From the NCBI GenBank assembly GCA_905178155.1, contig CAJINV010000001.1:1290606-1354605 (forward strand): 64,000 bases of DNA, read 5' to 3'. The position numbers and the translations under genes were made by a program. The notes beneath the pieces are model-generated. The model saw nothing but the letters and a program-made list of their open reading frames with translations. It was not told the origin of the DNA and did no database searches. Of this stretch, positions 1 to 13,373 are shown piece by piece (within the stretch, counting starts at the first letter, position 1; each line of letters starts with the position of its first letter). The DNA comes from Amoebophrya sp. A120. Its lineage: Eukaryota > Protista > Dinoflagellata.

Positions 1-5
1 TGATA

Positions 6-868
6 GCCGTCTACTACGGGTTCACGCTGCTGAACGTGTTCAGTGTGCTGACGATATCAAATGCAAAAGTGTCTGGGTCTGGAAGATTGCCAGATTTGTC
101 TAGCTTGTCTGGCATGACCAAAAAGTTTGTGATGCGTGTCCAAGAAGAGACCCGTTTGCCTGTCATGCAAAAACGCAGTCTGTCATGCGAAAAACGCAAC
201 ACAAAGAAGCGCAGATGTTTCTGACGCTTGCCTGTGCATTACAGAGCATTTACTATTCCCAACGCAGCATTACAAGTTTCCAGACCCACACATTTTTGCT
301 GTTGATAGACGAATCCCTTCAGCTATTTCATGAACGTGACCTTCCTCCTGTTCGGGTGGATCACTGTTATCTGGGAGGCCAGCGAGGTATTACTGCAGGA
401 TTGGCGACCCCTGCGGGAGTACCAGGCGTGGATTGCAGAATACATGAAATGTTTGGCGATTCCCTGGTGCCTCGGGATCTTCTACCTCTACATCGGCTGT
501 CTGCAGGTCATGCTGCATTCAGTTCTGTCCGTGGAGTCCCTGTTGGGGTTGTACTATCGAAGTGGAACAATGCGAACTACAAAGAGACTGCTTTGCTTCC
601 GTTTCTGGTGTATTTCAATTTCTGAGCGGGAATGCAACTGCTGCATGACAGATTTGGGAGTGTTTCTCACCGGTACCTCCATGATAGAAAAACGCTGGAA
701 GTTCTTTTATACGAAAATGTATGGCTAGGTTTATTTCAAAGACACGATTTTGCTTTTGTTCGTTTGTCCTCCGATACGCACTTTTGTCTGATGGGTAGCT
801 TCAACCTCTGCCTGCACTACGGATACGACATCGAGAAGCCAACGAGAGCGGTGGTATACCATGCATAG
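6..868 (+). CDS. Partial multi-pass membrane protein, TVP15/COPI-associated-like (5' end outside window; 3' end uncertain)
   Basis: Removing the introner at 55-307 plus one GACGA joins AVYYGFTLLNVFSVLT to NPFSYFMNVTFLLFGWITVIWE...GIFYLYIGCL (ORF 330-728); hydrophobic helices. Family call from motif resemblance only. Confidence 0.5.
55..307. mobile_element. Introner family A (TIR core ATGTCTGGGTCTGGAA)
   Basis: TAT..ATA ends, TIR, 5-bp direct repeat GACGA; closely similar to the copy at 18857-19109. Confidence 0.93.
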
Positions 869-2872
869 TGATCAGATGAATCTATTTGTCAGAAAATTTT
901 GGATTGCTTCTAGAGTGAGTGTCAATGTATAAAATCGATGAGGTCCGCCCACGACAAAGCGAGGTCTCAATTTTGCTTCCTGCTCCTCGCGACAAAGCGA
1001 GTCTGCAACGGAAAAACAAAATAACTCCTTTCAGGGCGATTTCGTGCAGCAAGGCGTGGGTATCTAATGCAACTTTGTTGATGTCGGGGCGAGCGCGAGG
1101 AATTATTAGCGAGAACCGCTAGAAGGCTTATGTATATGTTGCAAAGGCCGTGCCATGCTTGTCCTCCCGGCGTGCCGACGAGCCTAATCATGTGGTGTCG
1201 TGTCTAGTGCACGACACGCCGAGAACGCTTTTCACACCACCAACCACCTCGAGAATTTAGTACAAATGAGAATTTTCATCATTTGCATCGCCCGACTTCT
1301 TCATGGTTTTGCGGGGCATAGTAGGTTGGCTGCGAACTAAGGTTCGGGAATTCTCCAATCGAGACTCCGATTCCGGGGGCGTTGAGAGCAGGACCGGCGA
1401 GGGCTTCTGATTCATCTGAGTCCGGGACGAGGCAAGGTCGAAGTTATTTCGATAGGGCAAAACCAACCGATGCAAGAAGTACAACTTCTGCTCTCGCCGG
1501 AAAGAACACTTCATCACCTGCGTACGAGTGGCTTTGTTTGTATTGTGTACCAGAACCTTTCAGACTACTGCCACTGTAGCGCGAAAAATTTTCCAAACTG
1601 TTCTTGTTCTTACCTTTTCCTGTCGCAGAAGAAAGTACGGTTTTGCATTGTTTTTTCCTGTTGACCCAAACCACTTCAGGTTTTTTTACCGTACTAGGTA
1701 GTACCTTGGGTTCAACCATGATGTTGTCAATGTGAAGTAGACTTTCTTTACTCGAGCATGAACTAAATTTGGACCACATGAGGCCCACGATGGGTGCATT
1801 TAAAGATGTTGACAGTGCCAACAGTAGTTTCGTGCCGGTGCAGGTCTAGTCCACCCGGCAGGCGCAGCTACGGTAATTGGTGCTACATTTGTCATCGATA
1901 TTTGTCACGTTTCCGTGGGCAAACATTTATTTGTGCAAATGGATGTGGATTCCAGGACGAACAGGAACACGCATTTTGGAGACGTGCGCGTGCCGGAAAG
2001 AAACCAATCCTAAAATGGTGGGACGTCCGCTAGGATCTCTGCGCCTTCACGATGTTCTTACACAATTCAGACTGATCCCGGTTGTATCTTGAGATGAAAC
2101 TGCATAAACAAAATTCACTCTGACAGATGACGACCTCGAAGCCGGCAATACGTCGTTTTGTGCTAGAGTTGTTGTATCGCCCACTGCAAACAGGATGTTG
2201 AATCTTTTGGATGAGTAGACCGCCACAAATGTCGGTAAAGTCTTTCCGAAGGACTCGAAGACTTGCTGAAGGTCAAGCAGGTGAAGCCTTGCTGCAAGTC
2301 GTGTAGGAGTTATTGCAATACTTAGGGAGCAGTATACTTCAGTAGAATTCGTAGTCGTACAAAGGAACAGAGTTGCTTGTTGTATATCCGCAACTTCTAC
2401 TACGGCCGCGTCGGTACTGTATCTGTATGAGGTTTTGTTGTCGGTTGTGGTCACCTGTGAAAGAAAAGTCTTCCTTCATCATCTGCATTTCGGTCCTGGA
2501 TTTTCGGCGAAAAAAGCTCCTTGTAATTCATATGATCAAAAGTAAGATATTGCTGTATCGCCCTCGATTTCTGTCCGCCGCAAAGGTGTCGAAAGCGTGT
2601 CGCACAACATGCACTCCATTGCATTTAAAATTGAATTTCGCACAGCATCTCGTGTGATGGCAGTATCACTTGATTATTTCTGCATTACCTTTATTACTTT
2701 CACGCATCCTCGCTTTTTTGACCTTTTGTTTTGTTTTTGTTCGTCGGTCTATCTAATACTGGCACAATGCTCATCCTCATAGACAGTCAGCGGTAGCGTT
2801 GTCCGTGAGGGCAAAATTCTTTCCGGAAAATAAAGGAGGAAAAATAGGCTTCAAAGTAACCTGACCAAGACG

Positions 2873-5800
2873 ATGGAGCAGAGCGCCCCACAACTACCGT
2901 GGGACTTCTCTCTGGCCGGCAAGGTGTTGCGCTATGATCTGCACTTCCACAAGATACTGCAACCGGGAACCGCAAATGCGGCTGGGGAAGATTCTTCGCC
3001 ACAGCAAACTACCACAGAGGAAGCGGGCGTTTCGCTAAAGTTATTCGGGGACGTGCCTCGGCCGTATGTGTCCTATCGAAACGAGATCAAAATCCGTATT
3101 GGCAGCGAGAACTGCCAAGCGCTCCCCGGGAACCGGCTCCTGCTCACGGCCGTGCTGCCGCCGCGAATTGCTAGCGACGCAGCTACTTTTTCACCCCCAC
3201 CCTCACCCACCACGAGCGTGGCCTATAATCGGCAGCACCGCTCGGTCGGGAGCGTAGAGATTCTGGATATTTGCTTCGCCACAACGTCCAAAACAAATCA
3301 TACTACTCCAACGACATCAGCTTCAGCATCAGCACCATCGACCGAAGAGAATGCTCCACCTCCAAGGGAAATCCTCGCGAACGCTTCGACATTGCAAAGG
3401 TGGTCCGAGGCCGAAGACGACGGAGCGTTGTTCCGCGTCAGTGGGGTTTTGCAATCTTGCGAAGTGCCGGGTATAATGCGGACTGACAGTGCGATGCTGG
3501 AACGGTCCCCGCACCTGCAGCACGCCCTTCCGCTCGCGGGGGCGACTTCTTCTATAATGGCCGCGCCGGTCGGAATCGAGCCGCACCCGGCTGCACTCTT
3601 GTCGACGTCCTCACCCACTCCATCACCAACGAGCAACAGCAGGAGGAGGAGGAGCCCTTCTGGCGCTGCCAGGGCGGTGGAGACAACTGCAACGACGTCC
3701 TCGCCCCCGGAAAACAATAGAACTGCGGATGATAGTACAACAACGGGGACAATAACGTCCGCTTCCGCACAGGATCTTCATGTCAACGGTCGAGTGGCAG
3801 CAAGATCAATGCCAATCGGGACACAGCGTAGCGCATTGGACGAAGAGGTGGAAGAGGAAATGGAGGAGAACAGCAGCCTCGACGAAAGCACGAACAACTA
3901 CGTCGTCGACGAGACGCACAGCCCGACGAGCCTGGACACCGCCACGCCGCAGCAGCTGCGGCAGCTGTTTCAGGTTATGCAAAACGGCGGGGCCATCTTC
4001 GTGAACGATGCGGGGACGAGGAGCGACTCCGGCTCTGAGGAGACTGAAAACCAAAATGATTCATCGGGTAGTGCTTTCCTGGAGCTGCCCGCGGAGCTTC
4101 CGGTAGACATGCAGGTGCGCGTCTGTGACATCGACAGCTGTCCTGTAGTATCCGCTGCCTATAACATGTCTGGGTCTTGAAGATTGCGAGACTTGTAATG
4201 CTGAACGCCCATAATCCTGAAGTGAACTCTGTCATGCGTGTCTCGGAATGGCGGTAGCGCCCCTCCTCCGTGATGCAAGAAGGCTGTTTCTCGTGTGCGT
4301 AAGCCGCGTATCGCACCACAGAACCGCTCAAAGATTTCTCATGCGTGGCCGCGTAATGTACTGAGTTTGTCAAATTCGCGTATTAGCATGACAACCTTGT
4401 TCGACTGTCCCAGACATCATGTTTGCATCGCATGGCCGTGTTTCGAGGATTTTTCCGAGAGCCTAGAAAAGTGTGTGACGGCGGAGTGCGGCCACGCGTA
4501 CTGCCGCCAGTGTGCCCTGAACGTGTGTCGGATGCGACCGCCCCGGTATCAGGGACGGTGCGCGGTCTGCCGCAAAAAGTTCTCGTTGCGAAACATGTTC
4601 TGCATCCAGGGAGGTGGGGCCGGCACAAGCGGGACCTCAATTGCTGGCGCGGAGTCGTTGGCCTTGGTACGCTGTTTTCCCGGGTTCGGATTAGGAATAA
4701 ATGAGAACAGGAGCAGAAGTCCGCGGGCAGCTGCAGCTGGGCACCAGAACGAAGTTTTGATTTCATCTGGGGGAAGTGGTCCTCCTCCTCGCTCCTTGCG
4801 ATTCACCCGCGAAGACTTTGAGGAAGAGGTGTTTGAGCGGGCCGCCGCAGCACTGGAGCTGTTGCAAAGTCTTGAATACGAAATCGCAAAAGTAGCCCTC
4901 GGACGGACGATCGTGCTATAGTATGTTGTAAGCAATTGCAATAAGAACGAAACAGAAACGCGGATTGAAGGAAGAGCTGCAACTGTTTATCCTAAATTTG
5001 TTTGATCTTACAGAAGTTGTGCTGGTGCGTTTTAATTCAGTACACCATCTTCACGAACACGATCGGTGACCACTTTTGCAACGCATATTGCAGAAGGTGT
5101 GCGAGAGCAAATCGATTTTTCTGGTGAAGAAGCTCCAGCTGGTGCTGGTCCCGGTGCAGCGATTGGTACAACGAGAACTCTGCCGCCGGTACAACCGCCG
5201 GGAACACAACGGGGGCAGAACAACCTCCCCCCCCTGCAGGTAGGATCCTATCTGTTGCCCATGGTGGATGAAACAAGCGTGGATGTTGAGACGCCGTCGA
5301 GAACGAGGCATCGCAACAACTCGCAACGCCCGACGCCATTGCGCATCGAAGAGCGAAGTGTAGTTGCCAACATCTCTGATAGGGACCACGAGCAGGATGA
5401 TAATACTGACACGTCAACACGACCACAACTTGTTCCTAGAGCGCACAGAGTAGCTGTCGGTCAACCTTCATCTCTGCAAGACGATGTGACAAGGGAGCTG
5501 AACCGTATCTACGGCGTGACAGGCGAGCTGCACGAGGGGCAGGACATGATAGACCCCCAGCTGGCGGAGGTGCGGCGACTGCGGGCGGAAATGTTTCAGA
5601 GGTCCCGACGGTTTCAAGCGCGGGTAGAGGAGCAGGAGGCGTGGCAGCAGAGCCGGCCCGACGATGCAGCGATGGAGCGGGCGCAGGCTATCCTGTGCAA
5701 AAGTATCGTACTCGTATAAATGCAAGTCTTGCATTACAAATCTTGTTCCTAAGGCAAATCTGCATCACAAATTTTTTCTCTCATGCTGAGGAAATTTGTA

Positions 5801-6240
5801 ATGCATTTATTTTTATACGAGTGCGATACTTTTGCAATCCATACAGGCCGCCATGGAACGACTCCAGCGAGAACTCGCCAACATGCGTATTACAGTGAAA
5901 AGTGCCCCCCACCCCTAAATTGCAAAAATTTGTGATGCGAAGTTTCCAAATGAAAACTTTTTGTCATGCATGAAAGGAGTACGAATCTTTCTGATGCAGA
6001 ATGTAGGCGTGTATCGCATCGCTTGCATGACAAGCGCCGATCTTGCTGGGGTCTTTTGCAATACAAATTTTTGCTATTCACGATTGAAAACCTGTGATGC
6101 TGATAGATGCAAGAGGGCGAATGTTTCATTTGGAAAGGTTTGCAATACAAATGCTCCGAAGTTCGGGGGTGGGGGCATTTTTCATTGTAATAATGCGGCA
6201 TCTGACGGCGCACGATGACCACGAGACTTCCTCGTCGTGA
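2873..6240 (+). CDS. RING-finger (C3HC4-type) protein, putative E3 ubiquitin ligase, multi-exon
   Basis: ORF 2873-4180 ends DSCPV; next exon CFEDF...CGHAYCRQC...CAVCR completes a RING; ORF 5066 continues in frame across introners 5689 and 5888 to TGA at 6238-6240. The link between 4921 and 5066 is inferred. Confidence 0.72.
4149..4433. mobile_element. Degenerate family A introner interrupting the RING motif
   Basis: ATGTCTGGGTCTTGAAG near the left end, CCCAGACAT near the right end; tips and direct repeat decayed. Confidence 0.65.
5689..5843. mobile_element. Introner family B (TIR core TGCAAAAGTATC)
   Basis: TAT..ATA, direct repeat CAGGC, frame restored. Confidence 0.92.
5888..6192. mobile_element. 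Introner family C (TIR TATTACAGTGAAAA..GCCCCCACCCC)
   Basis: Direct repeat ATGCG, frame restored; opposite orientation to 8594 and 19182. Confidence 0.92.
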
Positions 6241-6849
6241 AAGGAGATGGGTGAGGACGATCCATTGTCCGTGAAAAAAGCTCCTGCACTTAACATTGGT
6301 GTTGTTGTAATAAATATGTAACATCAACATCATCAAACACGATTTAGATATGGATTTTTACAGTACTTACACTACTCTAGATACTGTACCTGCTCCCTGT
6401 TGATGTGCTTGTTTGAGACGGAGGAGTCGGTGCTTGTTTCGACGTACACGCGTGCTTTTACGTCGCGATCCCGTACTTTCGATAGGTTTTCTTGAAAGCG
6501 GACGAACTCCTGCTGGGATCGCAATGAATCTAATTGAATTCCGTATCCTTTTATCTCAACAAAGCGCTAGCGCCAACGCTAGGTGCACTGCACGACTAGT
6601 AGTCGCAATGACAATGAGTATCTTGCAAAATATTGTGTTCGGCAACTATAATTCCTCGGCAGCGCGTCGGCCATTGTGTGCTCGCGCTGCTGCATCCATT
6701 TGGCTGCTGCGCGACGTGTTGCGTATCCGTTTTTGTTTTCGTCACTGCGGTCCCTAGCCATTTTGATTTTGGGAAAGCTAGTCGTAGCTCTTGTTAGGCA
6801 CAACGTCTTCGTTGTGGGTCGTGCTACAACTTGTATAACAAGCACCGCG

Positions 6850-9800
6850 ATGAACATTAAGATGCTGGGCGTCATGTTGCTTCCTTTTTGTGGTGAAGTT
6901 TTTTTCGACCGCCACGGCTTCGCTGTTTCTTCGGCGCTCCTATTCATGGTGTTGTATCTGGCGCCAGGATATGCAAGTGGTAAATATGTCTGGGTCTGGA
7001 AACTTGTGATGCTGTTTGGCGAATCATGTGGACGCCTGCATTTGCAGACAAGCATGACAAGTTTTGGAGTTGCTGTAGTGTTGCCTATCTGCGTGACAAA
7101 CTGCGTTTCTGCAAGACAGAGGAGTGTGGCTTTTGGGTGGCGTGCATGACAAACTTTAGAGCCATGCTGAGTGTGCATGACAAACCTGGCATTCTCCCAG
7201 ACCCAGACATATTTGCATTTGATACACGAGTGGAATGTTTCATCAGGGCTTACCTCGATGGCGGGGATTCGGACTTTATCCTCTGCAAATATTATGTCTG
7301 GGTCTGGAAGATTGAAACTTGTGATGCGCATTTTGGATCAGATAAAAATCTGCCATGTATGATGGACTGCAATATTAGCCTAGTTCTTGTTATCAAAATC
7401 TGAAGTTTCTAATGCGATAGCCATTGAGAAACCATCTCAGATAAACCAGTAATGCGATTGCTTGCATGCCAGAGCTTCTTGGTCATGCAAAAACAGCATG
7501 ACATTTCCAGACGCAGACATATACCTATTTGCAGTGTCGATAGACTTAGAAGTGGGACAGGGCGCGAAGTACTACAAGTTGGATCCCTTAGAGACCTGGC
7601 TGGACCCGAGTGACACCAGTGAGCACACGCTGACCGCCTCGGCCCTGAATAGTGAGTCCTCCACGAGTCCCTCCTCGCCTCTGTATAAGCCACACAGTGG
7701 GCGTGACCTTGCCGGGTATGGGAACAATTGGCGGGGCGCCACCGCACAGCCCAACTGGTGGAAGGTGGAGATCGATCCCGGAAAGCTGCTGGCCACACGC
7801 ATCCGCTTGTTCGCCGGTAAACAGCCGTGGTACACCCTTGAAGACCGCAAAAATCGAATCCAGAACAATTATTTATTGGTTGACGATGTGGAGATTGGAA
7901 GCTTGAAGCCGACCGAATCAGATCGGGTGCTGGGGACGAACCTAAACATGTTGTGGACCTCGGGCAGTGCTCCGCAAGTGGACATACCCCTTTGGCGGCG
8001 GGCTTCGAGATTCGAACTGCGAACGAAAGTCTCCTCCAATAGTACGTTAGGCGGATTCGAGATCTACTACATCCCGGAAATCACCGTTGTGTACCAGCGG
8101 TTGAACTTTAATCCCGTTCGAGGTGACCCCACGAGGTTTTTCAACGGATATCACGTTCCCGGTGATTCGGGTGTGGAAAGGTCGGACATTCTATCAAAAT
8201 GAAAAAACCCCCCTCCCCATACTCAGAGGAGATTTGTGTAAGCATAATTTGTGTATGTGTTTACAAATCACGTTGTCATGCTAGAATGGAAAAGATCAAG
8301 ATGCGGACTGTAGTGCTGGATGGCGCGGGAACGCCTTGCGTCTTCAGCATGACGCGAAGCAACTGGAAGCGGGAAACAGCATCAAAAATTGGCTTCAGAG
8401 GAGGACGCAACTGCGTATCTTGGCCTTCTAGCAATACAAGTCGATTTGTGTACTCAAATACAGCATCACAAATTTCGTTTTCGCTATGGGGAGGGGGAAT
8501 TTTTCTTCACAATACAGGCTCACCGGACCCATCACCGAGTTCCGCTTCGACGTCGAAGCAAACGACCAGGGATTCAAAATTGACGGGATGCAATATTACA
8601 ATGAAAAATTTCCCCACCCCAGAACTTGGCAGCAGTTGTATTGCAAACCTTTCCAATGGAAACACGAAACACTCCCCGTCTTGCATATCTCAGCATCACA
8701 AACGTTCCATGCTGAAGAGCTCAAATTTGTGTCGCAAAGGAGCCCAACAGCAGCCGGATTTGTTTATGTAAAAGACACCTTGCGCACCTAGATTCTGCAG
8801 TAGAAAGGCTCGTAGTCCACCTTTCGTGCATAGATAAAAAGTTCTTCATTTGAAAACCTTATGCATGAGAAACTTGTGCAAATTCCAGCGTGCGGGCATT
8901 TTTCATTGTAGTATGCAAACCACTGCCAACATGCCGATCCTCGGAATTTTGCTCATACGCTCGCCGGACGGAGCCTGCACTTTTCAACAAAGTAATGAGG
9001 TTGTCGTAGCGCAGCTCCGAAGCTTTGTACCGCACCAACGGAGGCTTATCACTTTCAAATTCACGGCCAGTAGTCCCAAGGGAGCGGAGTTAGTCACGAG
9101 CGCACAGTATCAAGTGTAAAAGTGTCTGGGTCTGGAATGTTTCCGGGTTTGTCATGCATATTTTGCATGACCCAGGATGTCTGTAATGCATGACCTAGCA
9201 TCGCAGATTGAGATTTTTAGAGAGCTTCCTGATGCCTAATCCGCATGGCAAATGCCCTCCCTCAATGATGATGATGATGATGATGCGTAGCACAAGCTAG
9301 ACTTCTCTTGCTGGTCATGCAATACAGATTGATCTTCGGACAGCGGGCTTCCAGGACCCGGGGAAAGAGTGGCCGCGGCAGCAGAAGCCAGCAGCAAGGA
9401 GAGAGGAGGCCCCCCTGTCACAGGTAGCGAAGCACAACCTGGAAAGAACAACGCTGCGGTGCATGGAACCCCATGCGGACCAGGAGGAAGAACAGGAGAT
9501 CAACAACCAAAACGAAGCGCCGTGGTTGGTAAAAGAGATGCAAAAAATTCAAGGAATTGACCCAACAATTCCAGAAGAAGAAGCGGCAGACTGGAAGCTA
9601 CCACTGGACAAAGTACTGGGCAGTACGCGACCTACTGGACGGCACTGGGCATCGAGAGTAGTTGGCAGACCGGCAACGAAACAATTTATGGTAGCAGTAG
9701 ACTCACCACGACGGGTGCTGTTGGAGGGTACAGGCAAGAGAGGCCGTCAGGTCGAGCAGAAGACGGAAAATATCCAATTACGATATGAAACTGTACATAG

Positions 9801-12800
9801 TGAGCCCCATGATCATGACGGAGACCAAAAGCAGATAAAACGGCGGAGGATCACGGAAGGTAACGGGATGCAGGTGAACTACGACGCAGATGGAGATGCA
9901 ATTATGCATGAGGTCGACGATGAGAGCAGTGGACCGGTGGAGGACGAAGAGGACGACCTGCTTGCAGATTGCTGATCAAAAAAAAAAGTTATGCTGTGTG
10001 TCTAGAAAGAAAATCAGCCTCAGTGTAGAAACTAATCGTAAGTAGAAGTAGATGAAGAAAAAAAACAGGAAGTTCATAGCCAAAAGGCAGTAAGAGCAAC
10101 GTCTTTGAAGAATGATGAGGGTGCTAGTTGGTAAAGTGCACTGTTACAACATCAGAGCAAAAAAAAATATAAATCACAAAAGGTTGCCGATGCGGACGAG
10201 AAGAAAAAGCCACGAAGGGCTTGCGCCAAGAGCACTAGGTCGCTTCATCGTGCGGTGAGGGCAGGGTGTCGTTGTCGCTCATCGTCGTCGCTGCTCTTCG
10301 GGGGCAGTGGTCGTTGTCGCTCTTCGTCATCGCTGCTCTGGTCGTCCTCGTTTCGAGAGATGGTTGGAGCGCTTCGACGAGAGTTCGGTGAGTTTTGGCT
10401 TGGAGGGGTGCGTCGGCCTTTGCTTCGCCTCTTCGTTGTCTGCTGTCGCCTCTTTCTGTAGCTCTGGTCTTAGGTGGGGTCCCTTCTCCCGGCTCCCTAA
10501 AAAGGGCGTTTGCTGGACTGCTGGAGACCCCAGTCCTGTCGCTCAGCGACACTGTTTCAGGCTGCAGGAGACCCCAGCCATCCCCACAGCTTTTCTATTC
10601 CTTTCGTCTTTGTCTGTTTTCGTGTTTTGCCTGGTTTACCGATGGAATCTTACCGTGCTTTTTGGAATCTTCGGTTTGCGACCAGGACATGCTGCCACTC
10701 TAACGGTTTCACTCGGGCCCGACCCCCGTTAGAGCTTGACCCTTTTTCCCCGAGATCCTACCTGAGGTAGCGGTCGTAAAGGGGATATAGTGGTTGAGGG
10801 GTAAATAAGGTCATGCAATACAGATTTTTTTGGAATCCGAAGTTAGCATCACAAGTTCCAACCTTCCAGACCGAGACATTTTTGCATTTGATACACAGGC
10901 CGACGACTTCTACTGTTTGCGGATCAGTGGCGGAAACGATCGGCGGCAGTACCTGCATTTGCACAAAGCCATCATGTCTGTAAAATACAGTGCCCGGAGT
11001 AGATCACGTCGAGAGCTAAATAATCTGGACGCCCCCGCCCCGCTAGAAGAACGTGAGAGTGATATCATTTGCAAAAACGTCCCCACCCCAGAGTCAAGAT
11101 GGGGATTTTGCAACACAAACCTGAAAGTTTTGGGAGCCACGCATGACAAGTTGCAGGCTGTAGTGTAATGCAGTTTAGCAAGGGAAGCCGCATAACAAAT
11201 CCATCTCCTTATCCTGTTGACAGCATTACAACTTCCAAAACACGATGGGGAATGCCTCTCATGGGGATGCGCATTACAAATGCTCTTGTGCTTGCAGATC
11301 TGCATGACAACTACCAGCCATGCCCCGGCTGACGCCGGGGCGCTAGGCTGTTGTGGCGGGGCAGGACTATTTGCGGATCGGGACGCCGCGCCAGGGCTTT
11401 GGACGCAGCGCGACAGCCCCCCCCCCCAAGGAACATACTGTCGCCGTTTTGCGCCATGCAAACCCGCAGGGTCTCCTGCGCGCTTCCCGCGCCTTCAGGC
11501 GCTATGCGCAGGGAGCAGCTGCAGCGAAGCTTGGGGGCAAAGAGAAGCCGCCTCGCCGTAAGTGCCGAAGCACAAGGGGGACCACGCTGCCCTGTGTTGA
11601 TCACGCTCCCGCCCCCGCCCAATGGCTTCCCGGCCGACGGAACTGCTGGCGCAAGAGGGTATCGCGAGAGGGTGGCGCGAGAGGGTGCGCGAGAGGGTGG
11701 CGCGAGAGGGTGGCGCGAGAGGGTGCGCGAGAGGGTGCGCGAGAGGGTGGCGCGAAAGGGTGGCGCGAGAGGGTGCGGGCCCAAGCGACGCAAAAATCCC
11801 CAGAAGATCGGCCCTGTACCGGGCGGATTCGGGTTGTTTGTACCCTCTCGCAGACCCTCTTTTTTACCTCTCCCGAGAGGTGTTGCTAATAGTCCGGCTA
11901 TACTCGCCGGTAGAGGTCTACAGAGGTGGCCGAGAGGTGGCCAAGAGGGTGCGCGAGAGGTTCGCCCTTATTCGCGCAACCTCTCGGCACCTCTGTCCCC
12001 CTCTCGCTTACCCTCTTGGCACCCTCTCGGCCCCCTCTGGTCCCTATAGGCGCGGCTTTAGGGTGAACGGTTCGGCTCGCTATACCCGCGCACCCTCTCG
12101 GCCACCCTCTCGAATGACCTCCCGCGCCACCTCTCCACCTCTGTCGACCTCTTTTTGACCTCTGTTGACCTCTTTTTTACCTCTCGGCCACCTCCCTTCG
12201 ACCCTCTGTAGACCTCTTTTTTCGCATGAATATAAAAGATAGTAATAGGCTGGGGACGTTTTTACTCAGGATAAGTGAGATGAACCTGGACGACGGCGAC
12301 ACAGAAAGAATATGCATTGCAAATATGTCTGGGTCTGGAAGGATGCGAACTTGTGATGCAGCATGTTGCGGATCGTAGAAAAATCTGTGTTGCGTGACTT
12401 GCGAAAGGTGCCCATATTTGGCCATGCTGAGAGGGCATTTCTCATGCAGAACAGGCATCACCAAGGGGCTGCAGATCCTGTGATGCTAGAACCTGCATTC
12501 CAGGATTGGTGGAGCTTGGATAAACTGCATGACAAATCTCGGGATCTTCCAGACCCAGACATATTTGCATTTGATAAAGAACTCCGCTCGACGACCTTCC
12601 GCTCGACTGGGATCCCGCGTACGACCCCCTACCGGACGAATTGAAGCAGCACGTCCCGAAAGCCACATTGCACGCTATGGAGGAGGAGCGCGCAGCAAAG
12701 GCCGCGGCAAAAATGGTGAAGGGCGTGGACTACAACCAATTCGTGCGGGATGCTGAGCGGGAGCGGATCCGCGCCAAACTGGAGCGAATTGAGCAAAAGC

Positions 12801-12859
12801 GTCGGCGGAAGCTGCAACAGCGAGGCCGAAAACAAGCCACAAAAAAACACGAACTGTAG
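6850..12859 (+). CDS. Hypothetical secretory-pathway protein ending in KHEL (ER-retention-like); possible discoidin/lectin-like domain
   Basis: Eight exons join in frame across seven introners: ..ALLFMVLYLAP-RVECFIRA..DSD-LEVGQG..NWWKVEID..-LTGPITEF..MQ-TTAN..SAQ-ADDFYC..ES-EMNLD..ER-TPLDD..KKHEL*. Start codon uncertain. Confidence 0.7.
6970..7224. mobile_element. Introner family A
   Basis: TIR present; direct repeat CAGGA/CACGA (1 mismatch). Confidence 0.88.
7277..7542. mobile_element. Introner family A (diverged)
   Basis: Direct repeat GACTT; frame restored. Confidence 0.88.
8192..8514. mobile_element. Introner family D (TIR core AAAA.CCCCCTCCCCATA)
   Basis: TAT..ATA, TIR; direct repeat CATTC/CAGGC decayed; related to 42584. 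Confidence 0.85.
8594..8913. mobile_element. Introner family C
   Basis: Direct repeat TGCAA; right tip is GTA; related to 19182. Confidence 0.9.
9108..10893. mobile_element. Introner family A split by a nested 1.48 kb insertion
   Basis: Left TIR at 9108, right TIR ends at 10893, direct repeat CACAG on both sides; frame restored (SAQ-ADDF). Confidence 0.88.
9331..10808. mobile_element. Nested insertion with 18-bp target duplication
   Basis: GGTCATGCAATACAGATT at 9313-9330 and 10809-10826; contains unassigned ORF 9463-9975. Confidence 0.8.
11063..12273. mobile_element. Introner family E (TIR core AAAAACGT.CCCACCCCAGAG) with a GC-rich insertion in its right TIR
   Basis: Direct repeat AGTGA; 11063-11312 matches the 17328 copy; right tip TGGGGACGTTTTTACTCAGGATA. 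Confidence 0.85.
11660..12220. repeat. GCGCGAGAGGGT(G) tandem repeat plus complementary CACCTCTC-type repeats
   Basis: About 9 units of 12-13 bp at about 11665-11775; GAGAGGTGG / CCACCTCTC inverted arrays at about 11910-12220. Confidence 0.8.
12311..12576. mobile_element. Introner family A
   Basis: Direct repeat AAGAA; frame restored. Confidence 0.92.
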
Positions 12860-13373
12860 GTGATGTTGTCCGTTGACAATTTTATTAGTTTTTGAATTGA
12901 CTGTCCTTGTTGATTACGACACAATAGAAGTCGTGGCACAGAAAAAGATTTTACTTCTTCGTCGATGAGTTGATCTTGATCTTTACGACACAAGAGAAGT
13001 CACGGTCTAAAAGGAGTTTCTGTCTCGTTGAATTGCGGCCAAGTGCACGGCTTTCTTTTGGAACAAGCTCTTGACGAATCGAAGGAAGCAGCACCTCCAC
13101 AGGTTCTTACTATGCCGCGATCGTTGTTCAAATAAAGACGGGCAAAATTTTTGATCTTTCTTGTTTTTATCTAGACTCCCTAAACTGCTCGTTTGAGTTC
13201 ACCCTCTGGAGCAGTTTGTTGTTGAGTCTGTGTGATGGCGACCGTGACAAAGTTTTTATACATAGAGCGATGCATCGTGCGTGTCTGTTGTACGCCTTGG
13301 GAGTTACTTTTATTTTGAATATAGTGTGAATTAGAATTTTTAAAGTCACACACAGGATCATACACAGCCCAAC

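Noticed and set aside
1257-2454. Possible minus-strand gene (ORFs 2047-2454, 1444-1821, 1257-1517)
   Set aside because: No recognisable motif or supportable exon chain; left unannotated.
11311-12158. ORFs with REGARE/RERVRE repeats
   Set aside because: Products of a GC-rich tandem repeat inside an intron, open in several frames on both strands.
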